Below are positions 34,494 through 44,193 of a stretch of DNA of 64,000 bases, one piece after another; position 1 is the stretch's first letter, and every line of letters starts with the position of its first letter. The notes beneath the pieces are model-generated. The model had not been told where the DNA came from, searched no databases, and was given only the letters and a program-made list of their open reading frames with translations. Origin of the DNA: Candidatus Dormiibacterota bacterium (GTDB taxonomy: Bacteria; Chloroflexota; Dormibacteria; Aeolococcales; Bog-877). The stretch spans positions 88 through 64,087 of the forward strand of contig DAHUZI010000073.1 in the NCBI GenBank assembly GCA_027306595.1, read 5' to 3'. The translations under genes and the position numbers were made by a program.

Positions 34494-35121
34494 CGACGGC
34501 CACCTCGGCCGGATGCGCCGGATCCGCCAGCTCCAGGCACGCGGGTTCAGCCTTGCGCTGATCGGGCGATTCCTCTCCGGCGAGCTGGAGCCATCGGACG
34601 AGGCGCTGGTGGCGGCGGTTTCGACCCCGGACCAGCCGGACGCGACGCTCAGCGCCGAGGCGCTTGCCGAGCGGAGCGGCGTGCCCCTGCCCCTCCTCCT
34701 CACCCTGCGCGAGACCGGGCTCCTCGGGCCGGTCGAGGGGGATCCGCCGCGATACCCGGCGTCGGACGTCGAGCTCCTGCGTGTCGGCCTGCGCATCCTC
34801 GAGGTCGGGATCCCGCTCTCCGAGCTCCTCCGCCTGGGCCAGGGCTTCGTCGAGGCCAGCGACCGGCTCGCCCAGTCGGCCGTGGATTGCTTCGACCGGT
34901 ACGTGCGCGAGCCGATCCAGAACGTCGGCGACCCCGCCGACGTCACCGCCGCCCGGCTGACTAGCGCCTTCGACGCCCTCCTCGGTGCGAGCGCCACCCT
35001 GGTCGGCCGCACCTTCACCCGCCGGCTGCTCGCCCGAGCCCGGGCCCGGGCGGAGGGTGGGGGGGGCGCGGTCGCCCCCGCCACGGCCCCGATCGCCGGA
35101 GCGGACGCGCCTGCCGGCTGA
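34372..35121 (+). CDS. MerR-family transcriptional regulator
   Basis: I start at GTG 34372 (VEYRIEELARRSGTGVDTIRFYQGRGLLPPP...YDDGHLGRMRRIRQLQARGFSL). The HTH begins at residue 3. A second MerR-like repeat sits mid-protein. Confidence 0.8.
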   Translation: MEYRIEELARRSGTGVDTIRFYQGRGLLPPPRRQGRVTWYDDGHLGRMRRIRQLQARGFSLALIGRFLSGELEPSDEALVAAVSTPDQPDATLSAEALAERSGVPLPLLLTLRETGLLGPVEGDPPRYPASDVELLRVGLRILEVGIPLSELLRLGQGFVEASDRLAQSAVDCFDRYVREPIQNVGDPADVTAARLTSAFDALLGASATLVGRTFTRRLLARARARAEGGGGAVAPATAPIAGADAPAG

Positions 35122-35140
35122 GGGCGCGCCCCCGCGCCTG

Positions 35141-36562
35141 GTGGCGCGAACGCGCGAGCTGCCGGGGAGCCCGGACCTCGCCGCGCTCACGGCCCGAGCC
35201 CGCGACCGGGGATGGGACGGGGCGCTCATCGAGCGCACCCTGCCCGACGCGGTCAGCCTCGCCGCCCTCGGCCGGACCCTGGAGCTGGTCGGCGACGGGG
35301 CCTCGACCTGGGCCGAGGACGAACGCGGTCGGCGGCTCGGCCCGGGATCCGGCGTGCCCGCCGCTGCGGGGGCTGGGGTGGCCGGCCTGGGCGCCGCCTG
35401 GCGCGGGGTGGCCGACGCCGCCTGGGCGCTGGACGATCCGGGTGTCCCCGCAACGGGGGTTGTCGCCGTCGGCGGCTTCGCCTTCCGAGATGGGCGTCCG
35501 CCGCCCGAGGGGGTGTGGGCCGGGTTCCCCACCACCCTCCTGCGGGTTCCGGCGCTTGCCGTCGTGCGCAGCGCCGGGCGATGCTTCACGGTGGCGACGA
35601 CCCTGGCGCAGACGGGCGAGCCCCTCGGGGTGGTGTCCCGGCGGCTCGCCCGAGCCGAACGGCTCCTGCACCTCGGTGCCGTCGCCCCGACCGAGGCGCC
35701 GCCGGGCGCGCGGCCGCCGCGGATCCGGGCCGTCCCCAAACCGGGCGCCCAGGCCGCCTGGGCCGCCGACGTGGGGCGGATCCACGGCGCCCTGGGGACC
35801 GACGGGTTGGACAAGGTCGTGCTCGTGCGGGCGCTGCCGGTCCGCGCTGACCGACCGCTCCGGCTCTTGCCGGTGGTGGGTGCCCTGCGAGCCGCATACC
35901 CGGGCGGGCACACGTTCGCGATCGGCGGCGCCGACGGGACCTGCCTGGTGGGCAGCTCGCCGGAGCTCCTGGTCGAGCGGCGGGGCGACCACCTCGTGTC
36001 CCGGCCGTTGGCGGGCTCGACCGGGCGGGCCGCGACCGCCGGCGGAGACCGCCGGCTGGCCGCCGCGCTCCGGGCGGATCCGAAGGAGCGAGCCGAGCAC
36101 CGGATCGTGGTCGAGGCGATCGCTTCCGGGCTCGACCCGCTGGCCCGCCGCGTGACCGTGGGCGGCCGACCCGCCGTCCTGCGGCTACCCACGATCCAGC
36201 ACCTGGCCACGACCATCCGCGCCCGGCTCGTGGGGGTGCCGCTGCCCTCCCTGCTCGACGCGGCGGCGGCGATCCATCCAACCCCGGCGGTCGGCGGCCG
36301 ACCGCCGGCCGCCGCGCTCGCGCTCCTGGACACCCTGGAGGGGGCGGCCGGGCTCGAGCGGGGTTGGTACACGGGCGCGGTCGGCTGGGTCGACCGCCGG
36401 GGGGACGGCGAGCTGGCGGTCGCGCTCCGCTGCGGCCTCCTGTGGGCCGACGGCGCCGTCCTCTTCGCCGGCGCCGGCATCGTGGCCGGGTCGGATCCCG
36501 GCCGCGAATGGGCCGAGACCGAGCTCAAGCTCCAGCCCATGCTCCGCGCCCTGGCCAGCTGA
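35141..36562 (+). CDS. menF: Isochorismate synthase
   Basis: Track ORF 34985..36562. I start at GTG 35141, after the merR stop. Motifs: GSSPELLV, SRPLAGST, EHRIVV, LHPTPAVGG (here IHPTPAVGG), ERGWYTGAVGW, AGAGIVAGSDP. Confidence 0.85.
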   Translation: MARTRELPGSPDLAALTARARDRGWDGALIERTLPDAVSLAALGRTLELVGDGASTWAEDERGRRLGPGSGVPAAAGAGVAGLGAAWRGVADAAWALDDPGVPATGVVAVGGFAFRDGRPPPEGVWAGFPTTLLRVPALAVVRSAGRCFTVATTLAQTGEPLGVVSRRLARAERLLHLGAVAPTEAPPGARPPRIRAVPKPGAQAAWAADVGRIHGALGTDGLDKVVLVRALPVRADRPLRLLPVVGALRAAYPGGHTFAIGGADGTCLVGSSPELLVERRGDHLVSRPLAGSTGRAATAGGDRRLAAALRADPKERAEHRIVVEAIASGLDPLARRVTVGGRPAVLRLPTIQHLATTIRARLVGVPLPSLLDAAAAIHPTPAVGGRPPAAALALLDTLEGAAGLERGWYTGAVGWVDRRGDGELAVALRCGLLWADGAVLFAGAGIVAGSDPGREWAETELKLQPMLRALAS

Positions 36563-36651
36563 CCCCAACGGCGGGCAAGGGGACGTCACACTGACCCCGC
36601 AGGGTCGGCGGCGGCCAGGCGGCCAGGCGGCCGCGGGGAGGGGGGACCTCG

Positions 36652-37803
36652 ATGACGGAGGGGCCGGTCGATCTCACGGGTGTCCCCGTGATCGACGAGC
36701 ACTGCCACCCGGTCCTGCGCGACCAGTCCATCACGGAGCCGCGGGTCTGGCGGCGTCACTTCTCCGAGGGCCGGGGCGCCCACGCGGGCGGGGACGCGCT
36801 GACCTCCATCGCGTACCGCGAGGCGCTCGCCGCGCTGGCCGAGCACCTCGGCTGCCCGCCCGACGAGGCGGCGGTCCTGGCCGCCCGCCCGACCGGCTCG
36901 GTTGCCCGCCTCCTGGCCGGGTACTGGCGGGATGCCGGCGTCGCCGGGCTGGTCGTCGACGACGGCTACCCGCCCGGGGAGGTCGGCGCCTCGGCCGCCG
37001 AGCTCGGCGCCGGCGCCTGCCCGACCTGGCGGCTGCTGCGGCTGGAGACCTGCTTCGAGGAGCTGATTCGCGCCCACAGCCAGCTGGCCGACGTCCGCGA
37101 GGCGCTCCGGTCGCGACTCGAGGCGGAGCGTGCCCGGGGCACCGTCGGGCTCAAGTCGATCGCCGCCTACCGCGGCGGTCTCGAGATCCGCCGCTGGCCG
37201 GCCGAGGCCGCCGACCGTGCCTTCGCAGCGGCGCGCCAGGTGGTGGAGCGGGGGGGCCGGCTGCGGCTCGCCGACCCGGCGCTTCGGGACCCGCTCCTGC
37301 ACGAGGCCTTCGCGGTCGCCGCCCCCCTGGGCTGGCCGGTCCAGTTCCACTGCGGCTACGGCGATCCCGACTCCGACCTCCGCCATGCCGACCCGCTGCG
37401 GCTCCGTCCCGTCCTCGAGGACCCGGCCTACCGGGGCCTGCCGGTCGTCCTCCTCCACGAGGCCTACCCGTACACCCGCGAGGCGGCGTACCTCTGCGCG
37501 GTCTACGACCGCGTCCACCTCGACCTCTCCTACGCCGTGCCGCCGATGGCTCTGACCGAGATGGCGGCGTTCACCCGGGCCGCGCTCGCGGTCGCGCCCT
37601 GGAGCCGGCTCCTGTACGCCTCCGACGGCGTGGGGATCCCGGAGCTCCACTGGCTGGGCGCCCACCGCGGCCGGCGGGTCCTCGGCGCCTGCCTCGGCGA
37701 GCTTGTGGCGTCAGGCTCGCTCGACGGCGCCGCGGCGGCGGCGGCGGGGGCGGCGATCCTGGGCGGGAACGCCAGCCGCCTGTACGGGCTCGGCCCCGCC
37801 TGA
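36652..37803 (+). CDS. Amidohydrolase-2-type TIM-barrel metal-dependent hydrolase, substrate unknown
   Basis: 383 aa with a GGGGAGGGGGG run upstream. Metal ligand pattern: VIDEHCHPV (HxH), VQFHCGYGD, VVLLHEAYPY, LYASDG. Confidence 0.72.
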   Translation: MTEGPVDLTGVPVIDEHCHPVLRDQSITEPRVWRRHFSEGRGAHAGGDALTSIAYREALAALAEHLGCPPDEAAVLAARPTGSVARLLAGYWRDAGVAGLVVDDGYPPGEVGASAAELGAGACPTWRLLRLETCFEELIRAHSQLADVREALRSRLEAERARGTVGLKSIAAYRGGLEIRRWPAEAADRAFAAARQVVERGGRLRLADPALRDPLLHEAFAVAAPLGWPVQFHCGYGDPDSDLRHADPLRLRPVLEDPAYRGLPVVLLHEAYPYTREAAYLCAVYDRVHLDLSYAVPPMALTEMAAFTRAALAVAPWSRLLYASDGVGIPELHWLGAHRGRRVLGACLGELVASGSLDGAAAAAAGAAILGGNASRLYGLGPA

Positions 37804-37810
37804 GTCGGTT

Positions 37811-37837
37811 GGGGGGCCGGCCCGGCGCCGGCCCCCC
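37811..37837. terminator. Bidirectional terminator-like hairpin between convergent genes
   Basis: ggggggccgg (37811..37820) and ccggcccccc (37828..37837) form a perfect 10-bp stem with a 7-nt loop, between the amidohydrolase stop and the pstS stop. Confidence 0.6.
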
Positions 37838-37905
37838 GGGTCACCCGCCCGGAGGGCGGTGCGCCGCCGGCCCGGGGTGCGTCGGGCCGGCGGGCGCGGG
37901 GTCGG

Positions 37906-39021
37906 TCAGCTCGAGACGCGGTTGATGGCGGCGCCGACCTTGGACAGCACCACCTGGGGCAGCGCGGCGAAGCCCACCACCGACAGGTTCTTGGGCGTGG
38001 CGCCGCCGGTGGAGCTGATCGCCCAGGTGAGGAAGGTCCGGATCGCGAGCGCGGTCTCGTACGAGGGCTGCCGCGACTTCACGATGAGGTACTCGAAGTT
38101 GATGATCGGGTAGGCGTTGGCGCCGGGCTCGTAAATCAGCGACTTGGCGAGATTGGCGGGGGTGGAGCCGGCACCGGCGGCCACCGCCGCCTCGATGTTC
38201 GGATGGGTGGGGAGCACGAAGTGCCCGGCCCGGTTCTGGAGGAGCGCCTCCTTGAGGCCCTGCTTGAGGGCGGTGGCCTCGACGCTGACACCGATGTAGG
38301 CGACGCAGCCCGGCGTGCTGTGGCAGACCTGGATCATCCCGGGGTTGCCGTTGGCGGTGAGCTCGTTGCTGACCGGCGGCCAGCTCACGGTGGTGCCGAA
38401 GCTGACCTTGGTGGCCCAGGTCTTGTTCGTCGCGCTGAGCAGGCTCGTGAAGATGAAGGTGTCACCCGAGGCGTCCACCCGCCGCACCGGCACGATCCGC
38501 ATCGCCGGCAGCTTCACGCCCGGATTGAGCGCCGCGATCGCCTTGTCGTTCCAGCGGGTGACCTTGCCCTGGTAGATCTGGGCGAGCACGGTGCCGCTGA
38601 TCTTCAGGTGGTTGCCGACGCCGGGGACGTTGTAGTTGACGGCCTGGGCCGAGATCGCGATCGGGATGTTCAGGAGCCCCGGGTTGGCCTTGAGGATCCC
38701 CGTCGAGAGGTAGGCGTCGGACCCGCCCAGCGGCGTCAGCCCGGCGATCGCGTCGCTGATGCCCTTGCCCGATCCGCCCGGTCCCGGGTCGAGGTAGATG
38801 TGACTGTAGGCGTCATGGAGCTTGGGCGCCAGCACCTGCAGGTACGGGTAGATGAGGGTCGAGCCGGCCTCGTTGAGGACCACGTTCGAGGTCGGGTTGC
38901 CGGTCGTGCCGAGGCGGGCGGCGGTCGCGGGCGTCGACATCGCGCCGACGGTGAGAGCGATCGCCGCAACGGCGGCAATCGAGGCGGCGCCGAGGCGCAG
39001 CGGGCCCAGGCTCACATGCAT
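37906..39021 (-). CDS. pstS: Phosphate ABC transporter substrate-binding protein PstS (no pstCAB adjacent)
   Basis: 371 aa. GSTLIYPYLQ, GPGGSGKGI, GGSDAYLS, RRVDASGDTFIFTS are typical PstS blocks. AGGAGGAG lies upstream. Confidence 0.9.
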   Translation of the reverse strand: MHVSLGPLRLGAASIAAVAAIALTVGAMSTPATAARLGTTGNPTSNVVLNEAGSTLIYPYLQVLAPKLHDAYSHIYLDPGPGGSGKGISDAIAGLTPLGGSDAYLSTGILKANPGLLNIPIAISAQAVNYNVPGVGNHLKISGTVLAQIYQGKVTRWNDKAIAALNPGVKLPAMRIVPVRRVDASGDTFIFTSLLSATNKTWATKVSFGTTVSWPPVSNELTANGNPGMIQVCHSTPGCVAYIGVSVEATALKQGLKEALLQNRAGHFVLPTHPNIEAAVAAGAGSTPANLAKSLIYEPGANAYPIINFEYLIVKSRQPSYETALAIRTFLTWAISSTGGATPKNLSVVGFAALPQVVLSKVGAAINRVSS

Positions 39022-39096
39022 GGCGTGCAGATCTCCTCCTGTGGGCCGGCCGCGATGCCGGCTGGTCCGTCCATCTCCGCGGCCACCGTAGGGGCG

Positions 39097-39128
39097 GTGC
39101 GGTTATGGCCGGGGGAAGGGGCGGTTAA
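39097..39128. promoter_or_regulatory. Direct repeat GCGGTTA spaced 22 bp in the pstS/MFS divergent region (Pho-box-like candidate)
   Basis: gtGCGGTTAt (39097..39106) and ggGCGGTTAa (39119..39128). On the pstS strand these read TAACCGC twice, two helical turns apart. Confidence 0.3.
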
Positions 39129-39184
39129 CGAGCGATGAAGAGGCGCCCCCGGCGGGTCCGGTCGCGGCCGGATGATGGATCGAC

Positions 39185-40582
39185 ATGGCGACCCCCACCG
39201 CTCCCGCCTGGCGCGAGGTCCTGCGCGGCCCGCGGGGCCGGCTGGTCATCGGGCTCCTCGGGCTCGAGACCGTGGCCGCGGTCGAGGCCCTGGTGGCGAC
39301 CACGGCGATGCCCGCGGCGGTGCGCCAGCTCGGGCACCTCGGGCTGTACGGCTGGGTCTTCAGCGTGCCGAGCCTCGCCACCGTCGCCGCCATCCCGATC
39401 GCCGTGCGGGAGCTGGACCGGGTGGGACCCCGCCGCCCCCTGCTTCTGGTCATCGCCCTGCTCGGCGGGGGCACGGTCCTGGCTGGAGCCGCTCCCGACA
39501 TCTGGACCCTGATCCTGGCGCGGCTCCTCCAGGGGTTCGGCGCTGGGGCCGGCTACGGGATCTCGGTGGGGACGGTCGCCCGCGACCTGCCGGCCGCCCA
39601 TCGGGCCCGTGTCCTCGCGCTGCTCGCGGGCGCCTGGGTCGTGCCCGGGATGGTGGCCCCGGCGCTGGGCGCGATCCTCGCCCAGACGGCGGGGTGGCGG
39701 TGGGCGTTCTGGGCCTTCCTCCCCCTCATGGCCCTCAGCACCGCCCTGGTCTGGCCGGCCCTCGGGCGGGCCGGCGGGAGGACCACCGGCGAGGGGGCGG
39801 CGCCCCTGCGCTGGAGCCTGCAGGTCCTAGCGGGCGGCGTCGCCTGCCTGGGGGGCCTGACCAGCCTCACCCCCGCCACCCTCCCGCTCCTCGCCCTGGG
39901 CCTGGCCCTCGGCTGGCCGGCCGTGCGCCACCTCTCGGCGGCGGGGCACAGCGTGGCACCGGCGGCCCTCCGCGCGGCCCTGGGGATGGTGACCTGCCTC
40001 ACCCTGGGCTTCTTCGCGATCAACAACTTCCTTCCCCTCCTGCTCACGCGGCTGCGGGGCGAGAGCCTGATCCTGGCCGGCCTCGTGATCACCACCTCGA
40101 CGGTCGGGTGGTCCGCCGGCAGCTGGTGGCAGTCACGGGTGGTCATCCGCACGAGCCGGCGGGGCCTGATCGCGGGCGGCGGCGGGGCGCTGGCCGTGGG
40201 CACCGCGCTCACCGCGACGACCCTGCTCGGCGCCCCGGTGGTGGTCGCCGACCTTGCCTGGGCGCTGGCGGGGTTCGGCATCGGCGCCGCCTATCCCACG
40301 GTCTACCTCGTCGCGATGGAGGCGGCCCGGGCCAGCAGCGCCGCCGCCACCACCGGCCTGGTCCTGGTCATGGACACGATCGGGGCGGCCGCCGGTGCCG
40401 GCCTCGGGGGCAGCGCGATCGCGGTGGCCCGGCAGACCGGCCACGGCCTGCGGGCCGGCCTCCTCGGCGCCTTCGGCGTGGGCCTGGTCGCGGCCCTGGC
40501 CGTGGTCGGGATCGCCCTCGCCCCCCGGCTGCGCGCCCATCTCGTCCCCCTCGCCGAGCGGGCCCGCCCCGAGCCCCGCTGA
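39185..40582 (+). CDS. MFS transporter
   Basis: 465 aa with about 12-14 hydrophobic segments and LARLLQGFGAGAGY. Confidence 0.8.
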   Translation: MATPTAPAWREVLRGPRGRLVIGLLGLETVAAVEALVATTAMPAAVRQLGHLGLYGWVFSVPSLATVAAIPIAVRELDRVGPRRPLLLVIALLGGGTVLAGAAPDIWTLILARLLQGFGAGAGYGISVGTVARDLPAAHRARVLALLAGAWVVPGMVAPALGAILAQTAGWRWAFWAFLPLMALSTALVWPALGRAGGRTTGEGAAPLRWSLQVLAGGVACLGGLTSLTPATLPLLALGLALGWPAVRHLSAAGHSVAPAALRAALGMVTCLTLGFFAINNFLPLLLTRLRGESLILAGLVITTSTVGWSAGSWWQSRVVIRTSRRGLIAGGGGALAVGTALTATTLLGAPVVVADLAWALAGFGIGAAYPTVYLVAMEAARASSAAATTGLVLVMDTIGAAAGAGLGGSAIAVARQTGHGLRAGLLGAFGVGLVAALAVVGIALAPRLRAHLVPLAERARPEPR

Positions 40583-40635
40583 CGGGCGGCCGGCCGCCAT
40601 CGCGGCGCTCCGGGAAGACCGGTCCCGTGGGGGCG

Positions 40636-42411
40636 CTATCGCCGAAGGACGCCGCGGGCGGCCGCGCCCATCTCCGCCCAGACGGCGAGATGGGCACGCC
40701 GGCTGGCCTCCCGGTCGACGCGCACCGCCAGGAGGCCGGCCCCCTCCGCGCGCAGCCCGCGGCGAAGGGCGGGACCGAGGTCGGCCGCGGTCTCGACGGC
40801 GCTGTAGCCGAGGCCGTGGAGCGCCGCCGCCCGTTGCCAATCGAGGCCGAGCGGCGTTCCGAAGCACGACTCGAAGACATCGGGGTGGTCGTGCGGCGGC
40901 AGGAGCGAGAAGATCCCGCCCCCATCGTTGTCCAGGCAGACGACGAAAAGGCGCAGCCCATGGCGGCGGATCGCCCACAGCCCGTTCAGGTCGTGGAAGA
41001 GGGAGAGGTCGCCGATCAACAGGACCGTGGGGCCCTGCGAACCGCCGGCGGCGACGCCGCAGGCGGTCGAGACGACCCCGTCGATCCCGCTCGCTCCGCG
41101 GTTGGCGAGGAAGCGCTGGGCCGGCCGGACCGCTGGGAGGAAGCCGTCCACGGCCCGAATGGCGAGGCTCTGGCCGACCACGACGGTGGCCCGGCCGGGC
41201 AGGGCGCCGACCAGGGCGCGTACGACATGGGGCTCGAAGAGGGGCTCATGCGCCAGCTGGGCGTCGGCGGCCGCCCGGGCGGCTGACTCGACCGCCGCCC
41301 ACCGCAGGCGCCAGTCGACCGCTCGGCCGCTGGTGCCCGCGGGCAGCGCGCCGGCGACCGCGGCCACGACCGCGGCGGGTTCGGCGCGGACCAGCTCGGT
41401 GACCGCGAGCTCGGGGTCGTGCCAGCCGTCGTCCGGGTCGAGGAGGATCGTGGGGCAGTCCGCGGCGGCGAGCCATTCGCGCAGGACGCGCGACGTCGGC
41501 GGCGCCCCCACCCGGACCACCAGATCGGGGCGGAGCTCGGCCGCGACCGACCGGTCTCGGAGCACGGCGTCGTAGGTCGTGACCAGGCCCAGTTGGCCCC
41601 GGCGCCGCAGCCCCGAGGTCGGCTCGGCGCCGACGACGATGTCGCAGGCGGCGGCGAGTCGACGCGCCGCCCGGGTCAACCGTCCCGGCGGCTGGGCGAG
41701 TCCGCCGGCCACGAGGAGCGGGCGCCGGGCGGCGCCCAGCCGCCCCGCCAGGTCGGCGACGAGCCGGCGGTCCGGCGCCCGCCGGCCGGGCCGGACCGCG
41801 ATCACCGGCCGACCCGGCGCGGTCGGCCGGTCCCCGTGCGGGACGTCCGGAGGTGGCGCCGGGGTGAGCGGCTCCCGGAATGCGAGGTTGAGGTGGACCG
41901 GCCCGGCCGGTGGGCCGGCCGCGATCGCCAGGGCGCGGGCCGCGAGCCGGCGCCAGCTCCGCTCCGCGCCGGGCAGCGCCGTGGGCGGACCGGGATCCGC
42001 GTGCCAGCGGGTGGCCGGGCCGAATAGCTGGTGCTGGTCGATCGTCTGCGGCGCCCCGACGTCGTGGAGCTCGGGGGGACGGTCGGCGGTGCAGACCACC
42101 AGGGGGACCCCGCCGTGGAAGGCCTCGAGGACGGCGGGGTGGAACTCGGCCGCCGCCGTGCCGGAGGTGCCCAGGACGACCACCGGATCACCTCGGCCGC
42201 GCGCCAGCCCCAGCGCCAGGAAGGCCGCGGAGCGCTCGTCGATGTGGACCAGGAGCCGGATCCGGGGGTCGCGCGCGAGCGCCATCGCCAGCGGGGCGGA
42301 GCGGGACCCGGGGGCGAGGCAGGCGTCCCGCACCCCGCCGGCGGCGAGCTCGTCGACGAAGGCGGCCGCGAAGGCCTGGGTGGCGACGCGGTCGTCCCCG
42401 GCTGGGCTCAC
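40636..42411 (-). CDS. menD: SEPHCHC synthase MenD (ThDP-dependent)
   Basis: I start at GTG 42411 (VSPAGDDRVATQAFAAAFVDELAAGGVRDACLAPGSRSAPLAMAL). Motifs: DERSAAFLALG, GTSGTAAAEF, ANRGASGIDG, IGDLSLFHDLNG. Confidence 0.9.
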   Translation of the reverse strand: MSPAGDDRVATQAFAAAFVDELAAGGVRDACLAPGSRSAPLAMALARDPRIRLLVHIDERSAAFLALGLARGRGDPVVVLGTSGTAAAEFHPAVLEAFHGGVPLVVCTADRPPELHDVGAPQTIDQHQLFGPATRWHADPGPPTALPGAERSWRRLAARALAIAAGPPAGPVHLNLAFREPLTPAPPPDVPHGDRPTAPGRPVIAVRPGRRAPDRRLVADLAGRLGAARRPLLVAGGLAQPPGRLTRAARRLAAACDIVVGAEPTSGLRRRGQLGLVTTYDAVLRDRSVAAELRPDLVVRVGAPPTSRVLREWLAAADCPTILLDPDDGWHDPELAVTELVRAEPAAVVAAVAGALPAGTSGRAVDWRLRWAAVESAARAAADAQLAHEPLFEPHVVRALVGALPGRATVVVGQSLAIRAVDGFLPAVRPAQRFLANRGASGIDGVVSTACGVAAGGSQGPTVLLIGDLSLFHDLNGLWAIRRHGLRLFVVCLDNDGGGIFSLLPPHDHPDVFESCFGTPLGLDWQRAAALHGLGYSAVETAADLGPALRRGLRAEGAGLLAVRVDREASRRAHLAVWAEMGAAARGVLRR

Positions 42412-42431
42412 CGCCGTGCCACGATCTGGGG

Positions 42432-43250
42432 ATGCCGACGCTGGCGGTCTCCGGAGGCCGGCTCGCCTACGCCGATCGGGGCCGCGGCGCCCCGGTGACC
42501 GCCTGCCATGGCTTCGCCCTCGCCGGCCCGAGCTGGTGGGAGGTGGTGGCGGCCGCCGGCGGCGGCTGGCGCTGGCTCCTGCCGGATCTGCGCGGGCACG
42601 GTGCGACCGCGGTCCCACCCGAGGCGCCCCACGGGCTTGCGGCGATCGCCGACGACCTGATCGCCCTCTGGGACGCGCTCGGGATCGCCCGCAGCCACCT
42701 GGTCGGGTACTCGATGGGGGGTCGCGCGGCGCTCACCCTGGCGGTCCGCGCGCCGGCGCGCCTGCGCTCGCTCACGATCGTGAGCGCCCATGCGGGCCTT
42801 GCGGACGACCAGCGTCCGGCGCGTCGGGCCGCCGACGATCACTGGCGAGCGATCCTTCTCGAGCGGGGGACGGATCGGTTCGCGGGTGAGTGGGAGCGGC
42901 TCCCGCTCGTCTCCGGGATCGCGCGCCGCAGCGATCGGGTCCAAGCGCGACTCGGGCGGATCCGCCGCCGGAACCGGGCGGCCGGCCTGGCGGCCTCGCT
43001 GCGCGACGCCGGGGCGGGGGCGATGGCGCCGGTGTGGGAGCAGCTTGCGGCCGTTGCCTGCCCGGCCCTGATCATCGCCGGCGCCGACGACCCCCGCTAC
43101 CGGGCCCACGCGGAGCGCCTCGCCGCCGTCCTGCCCCGGGCCGAGCTTGCGATCCTTCCGCGCTGCGGGCATGCCGTGCCGGCCGAGCGGCCGATGGCGC
43201 TCGCCGAACGGCTGGCGGCGTTCCTCGAACGGGTCGAGGCCGCCGGATGA
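42432..43250 (+). CDS. menH: Alpha/beta hydrolase, SHCHC synthase MenH-like
   Basis: ATG 42432, inside track ORF 41910..43250. Motifs: ACHGFALAGPSW, LVGYSMGGRAAL (nucleophile elbow), PRCGHAVPAERP. Sits next to menD. Confidence 0.78.
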   Translation: MPTLAVSGGRLAYADRGRGAPVTACHGFALAGPSWWEVVAAAGGGWRWLLPDLRGHGATAVPPEAPHGLAAIADDLIALWDALGIARSHLVGYSMGGRAALTLAVRAPARLRSLTIVSAHAGLADDQRPARRAADDHWRAILLERGTDRFAGEWERLPLVSGIARRSDRVQARLGRIRRRNRAAGLAASLRDAGAGAMAPVWEQLAAVACPALIIAGADDPRYRAHAERLAAVLPRAELAILPRCGHAVPAERPMALAERLAAFLERVEAAG

Positions 43251-43273
43251 GCCGGCCCTCGTTGCGGGGCGGC

Positions 43274-44182
43274 TCACGCGAGGAGGCCCACAGCCAGAAG
43301 GGCGGCGGCCCCGAGCTCCAGGAGCGCGGCCCGTTTGAGGGCGCGGACCAGGGTCGGGGCGCCGTCCGGCCCCCGGGCGGCCGCGCTCCGCTGGATCTGG
43401 AGCGCCAGCGGGGCGAGGACGACGGGGAGGGCGGCGAGGGGCGGGAGGGCGCCGGCCGCCGCCGCCGCCGCCGGGGCGCCCACGGCGACGGCGAGGAGAG
43501 CGGCCAGGACCGCGCGCGCCCGGCTGTGGCCGAGCCGAACGGCCAGCGTCATCTTGGCCGCCAGGCGGTCAGTCGGGATGTCACGGATGTTGTTGAGGAG
43601 GAGGATCGCGCTGGCCGCGCAGCCCATGGAGAGGGCGGCGGGCAGCGCCGGCCAGTCGAGCCGCCCGGCCGTGACGAGAACCGTCCCGCCGGTCGCGACC
43701 AGGCCGAAGAAGACGAAGCACACGAGCTCGCCCAGCCCGGCGTACCCGTACGGGCGGGGCCCGCCGGTGTACAGCCAGCCGGCGGCGATGGCGGCGGCGC
43801 CCACCGCCAGCAGCCAGGGCTGGGCGGCCAGGGCGAGGGCGAGGCCGATCGCCCCCGCCGCCGCGAACGCCGCCACCGCGGCGAGGCGGACCTGGCCGGG
43901 GGGTACGACCCCCGATGCGGCGGCGCGGGGTGGACCGAGCCGGGCCGGGGTGTCGGCGCCACGGCGGAAGTCGGCGAAGTCGTTGGCGTAGTTGACGCCG
44001 AACTGGAGCGCCACAGCGACCCCGAGGGCGCCCACCGCCGCCAGCCATCGGACCGGGCCGGCGTGGGCCGCCACGGCGATGCCGGCCACCACCGGCGAGA
44101 CCGAGGCTGGCAGGGTCGCGGGCCGGGAGGCGTGCCACCAGAGGCGGCGAGCGTCCAGCGGCGCGGGTGGCGCGACCGCCAT
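43274..44182 (-). CDS. menA: 1,4-dihydroxy-2-naphthoate polyprenyltransferase
   Basis: 302 aa UbiA-family protein. Motifs: NYANDFADFRRGAD, NNIRDIPTDRLAAKMTLAVRLG. It starts 11 nt after the menB stop. Confidence 0.88.
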   Translation of the reverse strand: MAVAPPAPLDARRLWWHASRPATLPASVSPVVAGIAVAAHAGPVRWLAAVGALGVAVALQFGVNYANDFADFRRGADTPARLGPPRAAASGVVPPGQVRLAAVAAFAAAGAIGLALALAAQPWLLAVGAAAIAAGWLYTGGPRPYGYAGLGELVCFVFFGLVATGGTVLVTAGRLDWPALPAALSMGCAASAILLLNNIRDIPTDRLAAKMTLAVRLGHSRARAVLAALLAVAVGAPAAAAAAGALPPLAALPVVLAPLALQIQRSAAARGPDGAPTLVRALKRAALLELGAAALLAVGLLA

Positions 44183-44193
44183 CGACGGTGGGC

